A stretch of 64,000 bases of DNA from Bacteroidaceae bacterium (GCA_963657885.1 CAVKNZ010000004.1:331-64330); one strand, 5' to 3'. Positions 44,272-53,132 are shown, counted from the first letter of the stretch. Notes: generated by a model not told the origin, from the letters alone. A program made the numbers and translations.

Positions 44272-46275
44272 TTAATTCAATTCTTGTCTTTTTCTAAGGA
44301 AATAATAGCCTCCGGCAATACTTATAGAAGAAAACATCAAAACAAAGACAAGTATCGTTGATGAAGATGTTATTTTATTCTTATTAATAACACCGCTTCT
44401 AGAACTTGGACTTCGATATCTTCCTTCTAAGAAATCGTAGAATAAATTGAGTTTGTTTCTCGAATCCGCTCTAGATAAAATCTTGTCGTAAAGAGTGTAG
44501 AAACTACTAATAGAAGTGTTATCAGAATGTTCACGATTAGCTAGAATAGCTCTTGCTTCAACGGATAAGCTTTTATATTGCGTCCACATCTCATCCCATA
44601 AGGCATTGTTTGCCTCATCTGGTTCAGTAGTAACGTCTCCGCAGATACCTTTATTCTTAAACGCAGTAGCAAAGCTAATCGCTTCATTTAAAGCTTCTTC
44701 TCTCTCTTGAAGGCGGAAAAGCTTGATATCACTTTGACTAGTTGATGCATACCATCTAAATCGAAGCTGATTAGCCGCGGAGTTAAATCTAAAATACTTC
44801 TCTTCGGTTGTGCCTGCTTCGGTATCGGTAACTATTGATTTGATTTCCGCTTTTGAAGCACTTAATTCAATGCTTAACGGATAAGCAGATGTTTTAAAAG
44901 AAATATTAGCGTTACCCTTCGTGCTAGAAAGATATTTGCCATCATTACTTCCCCCAATCGCTTTCATAGAATAGCCTAGAAAAGCGTGACTATTATCATA
45001 TACTTTTTCTATCTCTAAAAGATATTTATCTGAATTTACATTCCCATTAAGAGAGGTTCCAGTTACGTCCACGACATAACTGCCATCTTCGCTATGCGCT
45101 TTATCCACATTTCCAAATGAATATGATGAACCTGAATCAGGATTATAAACTGCAACATAAGTGCCACCTAAATCGGTTTTGTTTTGACTTGCTAAAGTAA
45201 ATACTTTTCCAGTGTACGTAGATAAAGTTAAAGGCAATTCGACATCGCTAACGCCACTTTGCTTAACAAGCACTTTACTGTGAGTCGACTCTAAAACTGT
45301 TCCATTTACTGGTTCAGTTGTATAAGTTGTATTAACTTCTGAGCTTCCATCAGAATAATTATTCATGACGACCATACTGGATAAATCTAGTTTTTCGCCT
45401 ACGTAATAAGTTAGTTTAGGATTCGTAGTAACGCTTATTGATGTAAGCGATTTTGAGCTAACTGTTACCGGAATAGTTCCTGTTAACGAAGTATTTGACT
45501 TATAAGTTAAAGTAACATTTTGACTTCCAGGAGTAGAAAAAGATGTTGGACTAACAGTAAATAGGCTATTTAATGTATCAGTATCGCTAACTTCCACGGT
45601 TCTACCATCTTCAGAAGTAAATGTGACTTTCGCTCCATCTAACATAAAGTTTTCACCCATGCTATATTCAGTTTTTGTTGGCTGAGTGGTAACACTTATT
45701 GAAGTTATTGGCGACCATTCAAAGGAAACGCTGTCAAGATAAATTGTGCCGTTAGAATGACCTTTAACAGCAGCAAAAAGACAATTATCAGTGTAAGTAT
45801 ATTCAGTTTGAGGCGTATCAGAGTCTACTGCTTTATATTGAAGTGTTCCTTTACTAGAAGTTAACGCACTCGCGGTGTCTGTAGAAGGATAGGCAACATT
45901 TTGGCCATATATTTGAATTTTCCGAGGCTTTTTTTCATTAGCCTGCATATTGCTATTCCATGCAACACTGACTTTACTAATGATTCCTCCAGGGACACTG
46001 GAATAAATGTGCGCACTAGTGTTCATTTGAATATATGGTTTTTGTTTTGAACCAGTCGCGGTTATTCCAGCATAAACAGCGTTGCTACTTTTACTGACAT
46101 TAGTAAATGCCGTAGCTGTCGTGCTAGTTGCCGCTAAATCGGTTGCTTGAATTGTATCAACGACATTAGCAGCAGTTACTTTTAAAGCTTCTTTGCTCTT
46201 TAAAGAAATGGCTCCGCTAAAAAGAAGAGACATTCCTAACGTTAGGGGAATTATTTTAGTTTTAAGCTTACTCAT
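44272..46275 (-). CDS. Tail-anchored surface protein: beta-sandwich N-domain + Ig-like repeats + shared C-terminal module
   Basis: Start at ATG 46275 (MSKLKTKIIPLTLGMSLLF, GTGAGGT upstream). Two L-T-S-I-S-V-T-T...Y-x-x-G-E repeats. C-terminal helical module + TM + RKRQ. Confidence 0.7.
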   Translation of the reverse strand: MSKLKTKIIPLTLGMSLLFSGAISLKSKEALKVTAANVVDTIQATDLAATSTTATAFTNVSKSSNAVYAGITATGSKQKPYIQMNTSAHIYSSVPGGIISKVSVAWNSNMQANEKKPRKIQIYGQNVAYPSTDTASALTSSKGTLQYKAVDSDTPQTEYTYTDNCLFAAVKGHSNGTIYLDSVSFEWSPITSISVTTQPTKTEYSMGENFMLDGAKVTFTSEDGRTVEVSDTDTLNSLFTVSPTSFSTPGSQNVTLTYKSNTSLTGTIPVTVSSKSLTSISVTTNPKLTYYVGEKLDLSSMVVMNNYSDGSSEVNTTYTTEPVNGTVLESTHSKVLVKQSGVSDVELPLTLSTYTGKVFTLASQNKTDLGGTYVAVYNPDSGSSYSFGNVDKAHSEDGSYVVDVTGTSLNGNVNSDKYLLEIEKVYDNSHAFLGYSMKAIGGSNDGKYLSSTKGNANISFKTSAYPLSIELSASKAEIKSIVTDTEAGTTEEKYFRFNSAANQLRFRWYASTSQSDIKLFRLQEREEALNEAISFATAFKNKGICGDVTTEPDEANNALWDEMWTQYKSLSVEARAILANREHSDNTSISSFYTLYDKILSRADSRNKLNLFYDFLEGRYRSPSSRSGVINKNKITSSSTILVFVLMFSSISIAGGYYFLRKRQELN

Positions 46276-46557
46276 AAAATTTACCTCACTATCCAAAAAT
46301 CGCGTTTATACGCATCTGACAAGTAAACTAAGCAAAGCAAATGCTTTTATGTCAATATAAGTGAAAGTATAAAAATGCAAAAGTATGAATAAATCAAATG
46401 ATTTTCATAATTTTAGATACATTTGTTAACTTCTTTTTAGAGGCTAAAAAATTCATCAATCAAGTAGAAAATCAATGTTCTATTTAACAAAGAAAAAGGC
46501 CTTGAGAAGCCTTAAATTAATAGATAGTTATAAACAGGATCTTTTTTTAAAGACAGG

Positions 46558-47358
46558 TTACGCTTTTGGAATAGATTCATTTTCTTCAATAATCTTTTCT
46601 AAAGCGTTTATAAAACAATCTTTTACATCTAAAGGAAGCATTTCATCTTCTTTAACTTCCTTCAAGAATTCATATGGATCAAGTTCTCCATTAAGGAAAG
46701 CTTCTTTAAATAACTTTCCAAGCAATAGAAGCATCTTACTAACATCAACTGTCCCTGTAAGAGAGTGAAGTTCATTAGGTGTAAATCCATTATTCGATGG
46801 AAGGCGAAGATTGTTATGACAATCGATTAAAAGATTGATGAATTTCTCATAATCTTTATCCCCATCAAGATGAATTTCTAATTCTTTGATATCATCATTG
46901 ATGCCATCTAAATCGTTATATATAAGTCTATTAATCAAAACATCAGAGACTATCCTTAGATAATCTTCATCGCGATTATCGTGTTCTTTTAAAAAGGAAA
47001 TTATTTTCTTATAGGCGTTTATTTTTTCTTCATCAACATAGCTAATATCTGCGTATTTAAGAAAATCTTCAAATGTTGAAGGATAATAATAAGGCTTATC
47101 ATATTTCATGGCCACTAAATCGTTAAATTCATCGTTAGTTAAAATGGTATCAACTAAAAAATAGGTTTTGCTATTTTTCTTTCCCACATAGTAGTTAACT
47201 GTCTTTTTATCGACACGAGACTCTAAATCCTTTATTAAAGCGGATTTAGTGACATCTAATTTGTAATGCTTGATAAGTTTAAATAATTGATTGCTATCAA
47301 TCGTGCCATATAAAAAAACGCTGGCAAGATAGATTTTTCTTAATTGGCTAGCTTTCAT
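46558..47358 (-). CDS. Cytosolic protein of unknown function
   Basis: 266 aa, with no signal peptide or TM helix. No family recognised. A terminator-like AAGGC...GCCTT + T-run lies at about 46488-46513. Confidence 0.5.
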   Translation of the reverse strand: MKASQLRKIYLASVFLYGTIDSNQLFKLIKHYKLDVTKSALIKDLESRVDKKTVNYYVGKKNSKTYFLVDTILTNDEFNDLVAMKYDKPYYYPSTFEDFLKYADISYVDEEKINAYKKIISFLKEHDNRDEDYLRIVSDVLINRLIYNDLDGINDDIKELEIHLDGDKDYEKFINLLIDCHNNLRLPSNNGFTPNELHSLTGTVDVSKMLLLLGKLFKEAFLNGELDPYEFLKEVKEDEMLPLDVKDCFINALEKIIEENESIPKA

Positions 47359-47512
47359 ATTTTTTTCTTACCTCGCTTTTATATATTTTAATCTAAATAT
47401 TATATTTAGAAAATAGCAAATTTTATCGATGGTTATCAACCTTTTTTATAGACATAACCGACTTATAAAATCGCTATTTTTTCCATATTTTATCGATATA
47501 TTTTTTCGCGTC

Positions 47513-47536
47513 AATAAAAAAGAGGGCCAGGCCCTC
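47513..47536 (-). terminator. Rho-independent terminator
   Basis: On the minus strand, GAGGGCCTGGCCCTC is followed by TTTTTTATTG, 30 nt after the lipoprotein stop. Confidence 0.8.
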
Positions 47537-47565
47537 AATTTTAAGAAAAGGATTTTACTTATAGC

Positions 47566-48771
47566 TTAACGATGGTCAGGACGACCTTCTGGACGATCAT
47601 TTCCGTGATTATAGCCTTGATGTCCTTCATAGCCATAATCATCATAGCCATATTCAAAGCCATAATCGTCTTCTTCGTGATCGTGTTCATCATCGAAATC
47701 AAAGCCATCATCGAAGTCGAAATCGTCGTGGTCATCGCCTTTATTATGGTCTTTGCAGCAATCGCAATCGCAATCGCAGCCTTTATCATCATCTTTATCA
47801 TCATCTTTATCATCTTCATCATATTCAGGGAAAGTGACTTCTTCAAAGCTAACTGTGCCATCTTCTTGAGTTGTCAATGTGCCTAAGACGTGAGTTTCAA
47901 CTTCATTAACATAGCTATCAACGCTTAGATAAGTGACTTCATCAAAGACAAATTTAGTAGTGAGCGCTTCATTAAAAGCTTCACCATCAAAGGCCACCGC
48001 ATAAGCGTAAGTGAATTCATCGCTACTGTATAGCGAATAGCCATAGGCTTTTGCTAAACCTTCACGATTACCTTCTTCATAATAGAATTCTTTATAATTT
48101 TCGCCTGTGACATATTCAAGTTCACCGAAGGTGGATTCATCTAAAGCAAATTTAAATTCAAATTCCGAGAAATTATCTCTAGTTTTGCTCTTTCCTTTAA
48201 CGGAATATGTGTTTTCTCCATAAGTGAGCTCACCTTCATAACGGGTTTTATCATCTTTCTTTCCGTGGCCATGGCCGTGTCCATGATTTCCTCCATGACG
48301 AGAATAGAAATGTTTTCCTTCGCTAGGAAGATTTTCTTCTTCACTAGATGTATCTTCGCCTTCATCGACATCTTCTTCAGTATCCGTTTCTGTATCAGTG
48401 TCTTCATCCGTGGAAGTATCTTCATCCGTGCTTTCTTTATCTTCTTTTTTCACTTCTTTATAAGAAATGCTCAAAGATAAATCTTCCCAAGAAATCGTAG
48501 TTTTATAGGTGTAGTCACCTTCTAATGTTTCTTGCTTAATCGATAGATAATCATCCGCGCTTAATTTGTTGAATAAAGCGACGTATTCATTTTCTTCGAC
48601 AGTTGTTTCAGTGTCAGTTGTATCGGTATCTGTTGTAGTTTCTTCAACTACTTCACCTGTTTCGCCATCGTTTAATCCAGCTTTCACTTTACTTAAGCCA
48701 TCACTTAAAGAGGCGCAGCTAGCAAGAGGCAGGACCGCAAGAAGGGCTAATGGTAAGAATGTTTTTTTCAT
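47566..48771 (-). CDS. Highly acidic lipoprotein with His-rich and Cys-Asp repeat tracts (putative metal-binding)
   Basis: Lipobox in MKKTFLPLALLAVLPLASCAS. D/E/T-rich low-complexity regions, HGGNHGHGHGHG, and a C-terminal DDKDDDKDDDKGCDCDCDCCKDHNKGDDHDD...EHDHEEDD. Confidence 0.8.
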   Translation of the reverse strand: MKKTFLPLALLAVLPLASCASLSDGLSKVKAGLNDGETGEVVEETTTDTDTTDTETTVEENEYVALFNKLSADDYLSIKQETLEGDYTYKTTISWEDLSLSISYKEVKKEDKESTDEDTSTDEDTDTETDTEEDVDEGEDTSSEEENLPSEGKHFYSRHGGNHGHGHGHGKKDDKTRYEGELTYGENTYSVKGKSKTRDNFSEFEFKFALDESTFGELEYVTGENYKEFYYEEGNREGLAKAYGYSLYSSDEFTYAYAVAFDGEAFNEALTTKFVFDEVTYLSVDSYVNEVETHVLGTLTTQEDGTVSFEEVTFPEYDEDDKDDDKDDDKGCDCDCDCCKDHNKGDDHDDFDFDDGFDFDDEHDHEEDDYGFEYGYDDYGYEGHQGYNHGNDRPEGRPDHR

Positions 48772-49019
48772 ATGTTTATAAAAATCTCCTCACAATATCA
48801 ACAAGTTGAAGGATGTTTTTATTTGTAAATTTATAAAAATTTTGAAAAGTTATTTTTCTTCCTTATTGAAAGAAGCGTTAATACTAACATTTACATTGAA
48901 TTCAATCACTATTTTTATGATCAATAAGAATGGACTTAACAATATTTTTATCTAGATAATATTGATAAATTCGTTCTTTGTTTTTTTGTTTAAGTTTGGC
49001 ATTCACGCGCGTAACATTC

Positions 49020-49526
49020 TTATATTATTAAAGGCATTAAAAGATAAACTTTCTCTTCATTGCCTTTAATATTCGCGACCTTTCCCCAAATTCCATTAAA
49101 TTTAGCATAGAAATCAAATGTTAATAAATCAATATATGAATCCCCATCATTTCATAATGAAGCTGATGGTCCGCCATAACCTGTAAGCAATGATTGTCCA
49201 TCATTCCCAATATAGCCATCTTTTCCATCTCTTCCCGGATTTCCTTTTTCTCCTTTTAAATTGCCCGATAAAATCCAGTTTCCATTTTCTTTGATGTAGA
49301 AATCATAATTTTAAAGATTGATATAGCAATCTCCATCATTTCCTAATAAATCATCAGGACTTCCTTCACCAGTTAATATCGATGAACCATCTTTTCCTCT
49401 TTCGCCTTTCTCTGCCCTATCGCCTTTTTCTCCAACATTACCTTTAACGGGAATAAATCCGAAGGAGGAAATAGAAAAAGATAAAGCTAGTAAAAGACTC
49501 ATTAGAAACAACTTCTTTTTAAGCAT
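49020..49526 (-). pseudogene. Collagen-like repeat protein, inactivated by two in-frame stops
   Basis: Signal peptide MLKKKLFLMSLLLALSFSISSFG, G-x-y runs (GEKGDRAEKGERGKDG; GEKGNPGRDGKDG), and a repeated unit G.DGD.YI[DN]L...DFY.K.NG.W. The same frame continues through TAA (49311-49313) and TGA (49152-49154). Confidence 0.7.
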
Positions 49527-49795
49527 GAATAAATTTTTCCTTTCAAAATAATAAGAAACAAAAAAAGGGTCAAGATAGACCCCCATGTCTCTTAATAAGA
49601 CTTATGTTAAAAGAAAAATACCATTTTTAAAAGTTAGTTAAAACAATGCTTATGTTTTTCTTATTTCTCTTAAAGTAACACTTAAAAGAACAAACGAAAA
49701 AGCATCTTTTTAGATGACTAATTATTCATTCCTTTTAATAGTCGTATCAATTCAAAACCTATCGATGGAATCGAAACATTTTTACATTTCGATTG

Positions 49796-49814
49796 ATATA
49801 TATATATATATATA
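49796..49814. repeat. (AT)9 dinucleotide repeat
   Basis: ATATATATATATATATATA, 84 nt upstream of the surface-protein ATG at 49898, flanked by two short hairpins. Confidence 0.9.
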
Positions 49815-49897
49815 GGACAATTGAGGCGTGAAAAAGTGCATGGTAAAGGGATGCACTTAAAACAAAAAAAGGAAAGGAAAAAAATAACACAGAAAAT

Positions 49898-51478
49898 ATG
49901 AAAAATTTTCACAAGCGACTAGCCAGCTTTTCTCTTGGCTTAGTTCTTACCTTAGGCGTTGGTGTATGCCTAAATGGTGTTCATCATGACGCAGTTAGTG
50001 TTAAAGCCGAAGATTCTTTGGTCTACACATTAACTCCTGCTGCTGGAACGAATAATAGTTATGCAGGAAATTGCGATATAACAATTGACAAAATAACCTG
50101 GAATGTAACAGGTAACTCTTCGTTAACACCTTGGAGAATCGGTGGAAAAAGCCTTACAAATGTCAATCGTTCAATATATAGCAAAACCGCGATTACATCT
50201 AACGTAAGTAAGATTGACGTCACTTTTGGTGCAGCATCAAGTATAACCGTTAATTCTTTAAACGTCACTGTTCATACATCTGCTGATGATGCAAAAGATA
50301 GGACAAATCCTGTTTCCACAGTAACTGCTACATTTGCAGCAAATAGCAAAATTAGTTTTGCTAGACCAGATGGGGCAAACTGGGAAGGAATGTTTTATAA
50401 CATCAATCTCAATGTAACCGTATCAGGAGATAGCAATAAATATGTTGCTTTTAGTAAGGCTGAATTTTATGGTTCTGCAGCTACTAAACCAGTTTTAGAA
50501 ATCGATAACGCTCCTTCAGGCAATCTCGATAAAGATGCAGTAGGAACTTTTACTGCAACAACAGAGAATATTACTGATCCTGTTATAACTTGGTCTTCAT
50601 CAAATACTGATGTAATGACAATCAATGAAACAACTGGTGCTTACACCGCTGTCGACGGAGGCTATACAAAAATCACCGCTTCTGCAACTGGCTCAAATTT
50701 AACTGAAGCTATCACTACATCATTTGAAGTCACCGTAAATTATGATGTTGTCACTATTGCTAAAGCATTAGAAATAACAAACGCTCTAGAATCTGGAACA
50801 ACATCGACATTTACTTTAAAAGTTAAAGGCTACATCGTTGATTTAGTCGATACTAAAAACTTATATGTCGCGGACACAAAATTAGATGGCGAAGGTAATT
50901 TACCATCAACTGCTTCAAAGATTCTTGTTTTTAGCTACAACATTGCAACCTTCGTAAGCAAAGCAGTTTTAAATTCTGAACTTACCATTACTGGCGTTGT
51001 TCAAAACTATAATGGAACGACTCCAGAAATTAAAAATCCTGTTTTCAATAGCGATTATTCCGCTGACGCTGAGGCTTATGCATTCCATTTCCTCAAAGAA
51101 CTTGCCACTGTCTGTGCCGACCCAACAATAGATAACTCAGAAGCTTTAACTCCTGTTTGGGAAACGCTAAAAACAAAATGGGAAAGCGTTGATGCTACTT
51201 CAAAAGAAACTTTGAAGAATGCTAAAGGTGATGACGCAACTTACGGCGAATTCGCTAAAAAGTATGATCACATCATGACTCGTTATGGTGAAACAAAATT
51301 AGGTGAAGGTGCAAACTTCATCGGAAGAAGCAATTCAACTTCAACTTCAAGCGTTCCAAGCGTTCTTTCTAACAGTGACAATAGTTTAACTATCACTATC
51401 ATCGTTTTAGTTTCTGTCATAAGTGTTTCACTTATCGTTGGAACAACTCTTATTATTCGTAAAAGAAAAGTCAACTAA
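49898..51478 (+). CDS. Tail-anchored surface protein: beta-sandwich N-domain + Big_2 + OB-fold-like domain + shared C-terminal module
   Basis: Signal peptide, Big_2 domain (GTFTATTENITDPVITWSSSNTDVMTI...), OB-like region VVTIAKALEI...LKVKGYIV..., and a C-terminal helical module + S-rich linker + TM + RKRK. It is a paralog of the 40152..41684 product. Confidence 0.75.
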   Translation: MKNFHKRLASFSLGLVLTLGVGVCLNGVHHDAVSVKAEDSLVYTLTPAAGTNNSYAGNCDITIDKITWNVTGNSSLTPWRIGGKSLTNVNRSIYSKTAITSNVSKIDVTFGAASSITVNSLNVTVHTSADDAKDRTNPVSTVTATFAANSKISFARPDGANWEGMFYNINLNVTVSGDSNKYVAFSKAEFYGSAATKPVLEIDNAPSGNLDKDAVGTFTATTENITDPVITWSSSNTDVMTINETTGAYTAVDGGYTKITASATGSNLTEAITTSFEVTVNYDVVTIAKALEITNALESGTTSTFTLKVKGYIVDLVDTKNLYVADTKLDGEGNLPSTASKILVFSYNIATFVSKAVLNSELTITGVVQNYNGTTPEIKNPVFNSDYSADAEAYAFHFLKELATVCADPTIDNSEALTPVWETLKTKWESVDATSKETLKNAKGDDATYGEFAKKYDHIMTRYGETKLGEGANFIGRSNSTSTSSVPSVLSNSDNSLTITIIVLVSVISVSLIVGTTLIIRKRKVN

Positions 51479-51598
51479 CCCCCTTTCTTAGTTAGGAAAG
51501 CTTTTCTTCTACATATTAAAGGCCACGATATTCCCTTACATATTGTGCCCTTTTTCTTTTGCTTTCAATTTAGATAAAACTACTATTTTCCAATTTAA

Positions 51599-51680
51599 TT
51601 TCACAATTGCGAAGGGTATTTCGACCATCTTTTTCACAATTGCGAGAGGTTTTTTACTATCGAATTTCACAATTGCGAAG
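51599..51680. repeat. Three copies of TTTCACAATTGCGA[AG] with exact 33-bp phasing
   Basis: Copies start at 51599, 51632 and 51665. Positions were cross-checked against the frame of the spurious ORF 51543..51755, which translates them as FTIAKG/FTIARG/FTIAKI. Confidence 0.9.
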
Positions 51681-51735
51681 ATAGTAAAAAATAAGAGGTG
51701 TGCTTCACGACATTTATCTCACTCTATTAGTATAG

Positions 51736-51816
51736 AGTGTGTAATAAAACGTTGAATAAAGTGTGTAATAACTGTGTAATAAAATTGACTTTTCCGTTGA
51801 ATAAGTGTGTAATAAA
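51736..51816. repeat. 81-bp direct repeat, left copy (contains 4x TGTGTAATAA and 2x CGTTGAATAA)
   Basis: AGTGTGTAATAAAACGTTGAATAAAGTGTGTAATAACTGTGTAATAAAATTGACTTTTCCGTTGAATAAGTGTGTAATAAA. It ends 20 nt before the ATG at 51837 and contains a plausible promoter TTGAAT-N17-TGTAAT (51752-51780). Confidence 0.9.
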
Positions 51817-51836
51817 TAAAGAGGAAGTAAGATAAC

Positions 51837-53132
51837 ATGAAATTAGAAAAACCACTCGAAGATGAATATCAAGAATTCAAAGCATCTTTGTCGCAACTAG
51901 AAAAAGGAATCGACTCCTTAACTGCAATGCTGAATAAGCATAAAACCGGAACAATCTTTTTCGGCGTCTCTAATAACGGAGAAATTATTGGCCTATCCAA
52001 TCAACTCGGCGAAGAAACTTTGAAAAAAATATCAGTAAAAATAAACGAACTAATAAAACCTTCTGTTATGCACGAAGTAAGTTATTTAAACTTTGATGAT
52101 AAGCGCATTATAAAAGTAAGTGCAGATGGGAATAATCGTCCTTACTCTTCTAGAGGCAACTATTTCATCAGAATGGGAACTGAAAATAAAAAGATTGAAC
52201 CACATATTCTCGCTGAACTATTTTATTCTTCTCAGGCAATGTCGATTGAAAAAATCGAATCATACAACCAAGATCTCACTTTCAACCAGTTAAAAATGAT
52301 GTTTGCCAATAAAGGCATGACCATAAATAATGACAACTTCTATGAAAATATGCATTTTCTAACAAATGGTAAATTTAATTATCTAGCTAATCTACTTGCC
52401 GATAACAATGATATATCTATAAAAGTTGTTAGGTTTGAAGGTTTAGATAAACTAAAAATGCGTTCCAGAAACGAATATGGTTTCCAATGCATTTTTACCG
52501 CGATGAAGCAAGCTAAAGAATATGTTGCCTCATTAAACGAAACGCGTGTCGACATCGAATCAAGCTTAGAAAGAAAAGAATATCCCTTGTTTGATCAGCA
52601 CTCCTTTGATGAGGCCTGGACAAATGCGATTTTGCACAACAAATGGGTTAAAAATGTGCCACCTGCGATTTACATTTTTGATAATCGTATAGAAATCATT
52701 TCAACCGGAGGTCTTCCATTTGACTACAGCAAAGAAAATTTCTATAAAGGGGTCTCAAATCCTGTAAATCCATCTCTTCAGAGAATAATGCTTCAATTAG
52801 GACTAGTGGAACAGACAGGTCACGGCAATTTAACAATCATTAACAAATATGGTAAAGAAGCTTTTCAGCTCGATGATAACTACATCAATGTCACTATTCC
52901 TTTCGCATTTACTCCATCGATGGCTAATTATAGTGAATCAGCCCTACTACCTAATCAAATAAAAGTTTATAACGCGATTAAAACGCATCCAACAATGACA
53001 ATAAAAGATTTAAGCACATTATTGAATCTTGGAACAACACAAATCGGTACAATAATTAAAGAATTAAAAAGTTTAGATAAAATCGAACGTATTGGTTCAA
53101 ATAAGAACGGTTATTGGCTAATAAAAAATTAA
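51837..53132 (+). CDS. COG2865-type protein: AlbA_2/Schlafen-like N-domain + HATPase_c_4-like domain + C-terminal wHTH (paralog of 4770..6344)
   Basis: AGAGGAAG RBS. EDEYQEFKASL...GTIFFGVSNNGEIIGL (AlbA_2 box), WTNAILHNKW...IEIISTGGLP...QTGHGNLTI, and the C-terminal wHTH TIKDLSTLLNLGTTQIGTIIKELKSLDKIERIG. Confidence 0.8.
   Translation: MKLEKPLEDEYQEFKASLSQLEKGIDSLTAMLNKHKTGTIFFGVSNNGEIIGLSNQLGEETLKKISVKINELIKPSVMHEVSYLNFDDKRIIKVSADGNNRPYSSRGNYFIRMGTENKKIEPHILAELFYSSQAMSIEKIESYNQDLTFNQLKMMFANKGMTINNDNFYENMHFLTNGKFNYLANLLADNNDISIKVVRFEGLDKLKMRSRNEYGFQCIFTAMKQAKEYVASLNETRVDIESSLERKEYPLFDQHSFDEAWTNAILHNKWVKNVPPAIYIFDNRIEIISTGGLPFDYSKENFYKGVSNPVNPSLQRIMLQLGLVEQTGHGNLTIINKYGKEAFQLDDNYINVTIPFAFTPSMANYSESALLPNQIKVYNAIKTHPTMTIKDLSTLLNLGTTQIGTIIKELKSLDKIERIGSNKNGYWLIKN

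Noticed and set aside
41690-46330. Shared GCATCTGACAA / ATGCAT-containing sequences in the 5' UTRs of the surface-protein genes as a common operator
   Set aside because: The matches are short (6-11 nt), occur in different orders and orientations, and overlap -35-like hexamers. I could not distinguish them from chance in AT-rich promoter DNA without a statistical scan.
47559-48480. ORFs 47559..47861(-), 47572..47886(+), 48141..48425(-), 48265..48480(+) and 48566..48781(+)
   Set aside because: These are alternative-frame or antisense readings of the low-complexity repeat DNA of the acidic lipoprotein gene. Their products are implausible I/M/K/F-rich strings without start signals.
49152-49313. 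In-frame TAA and TGA in the collagen-like gene as programmed read-through, selenocysteine or Trp recoding
   Set aside because: The gene's own internal repeats predict Leu (TTA) and Gly (GGA) at these positions, so both are simple point nonsense mutations. No SECIS-like hairpin follows the TGA. The distal part of the gene is also degenerate.
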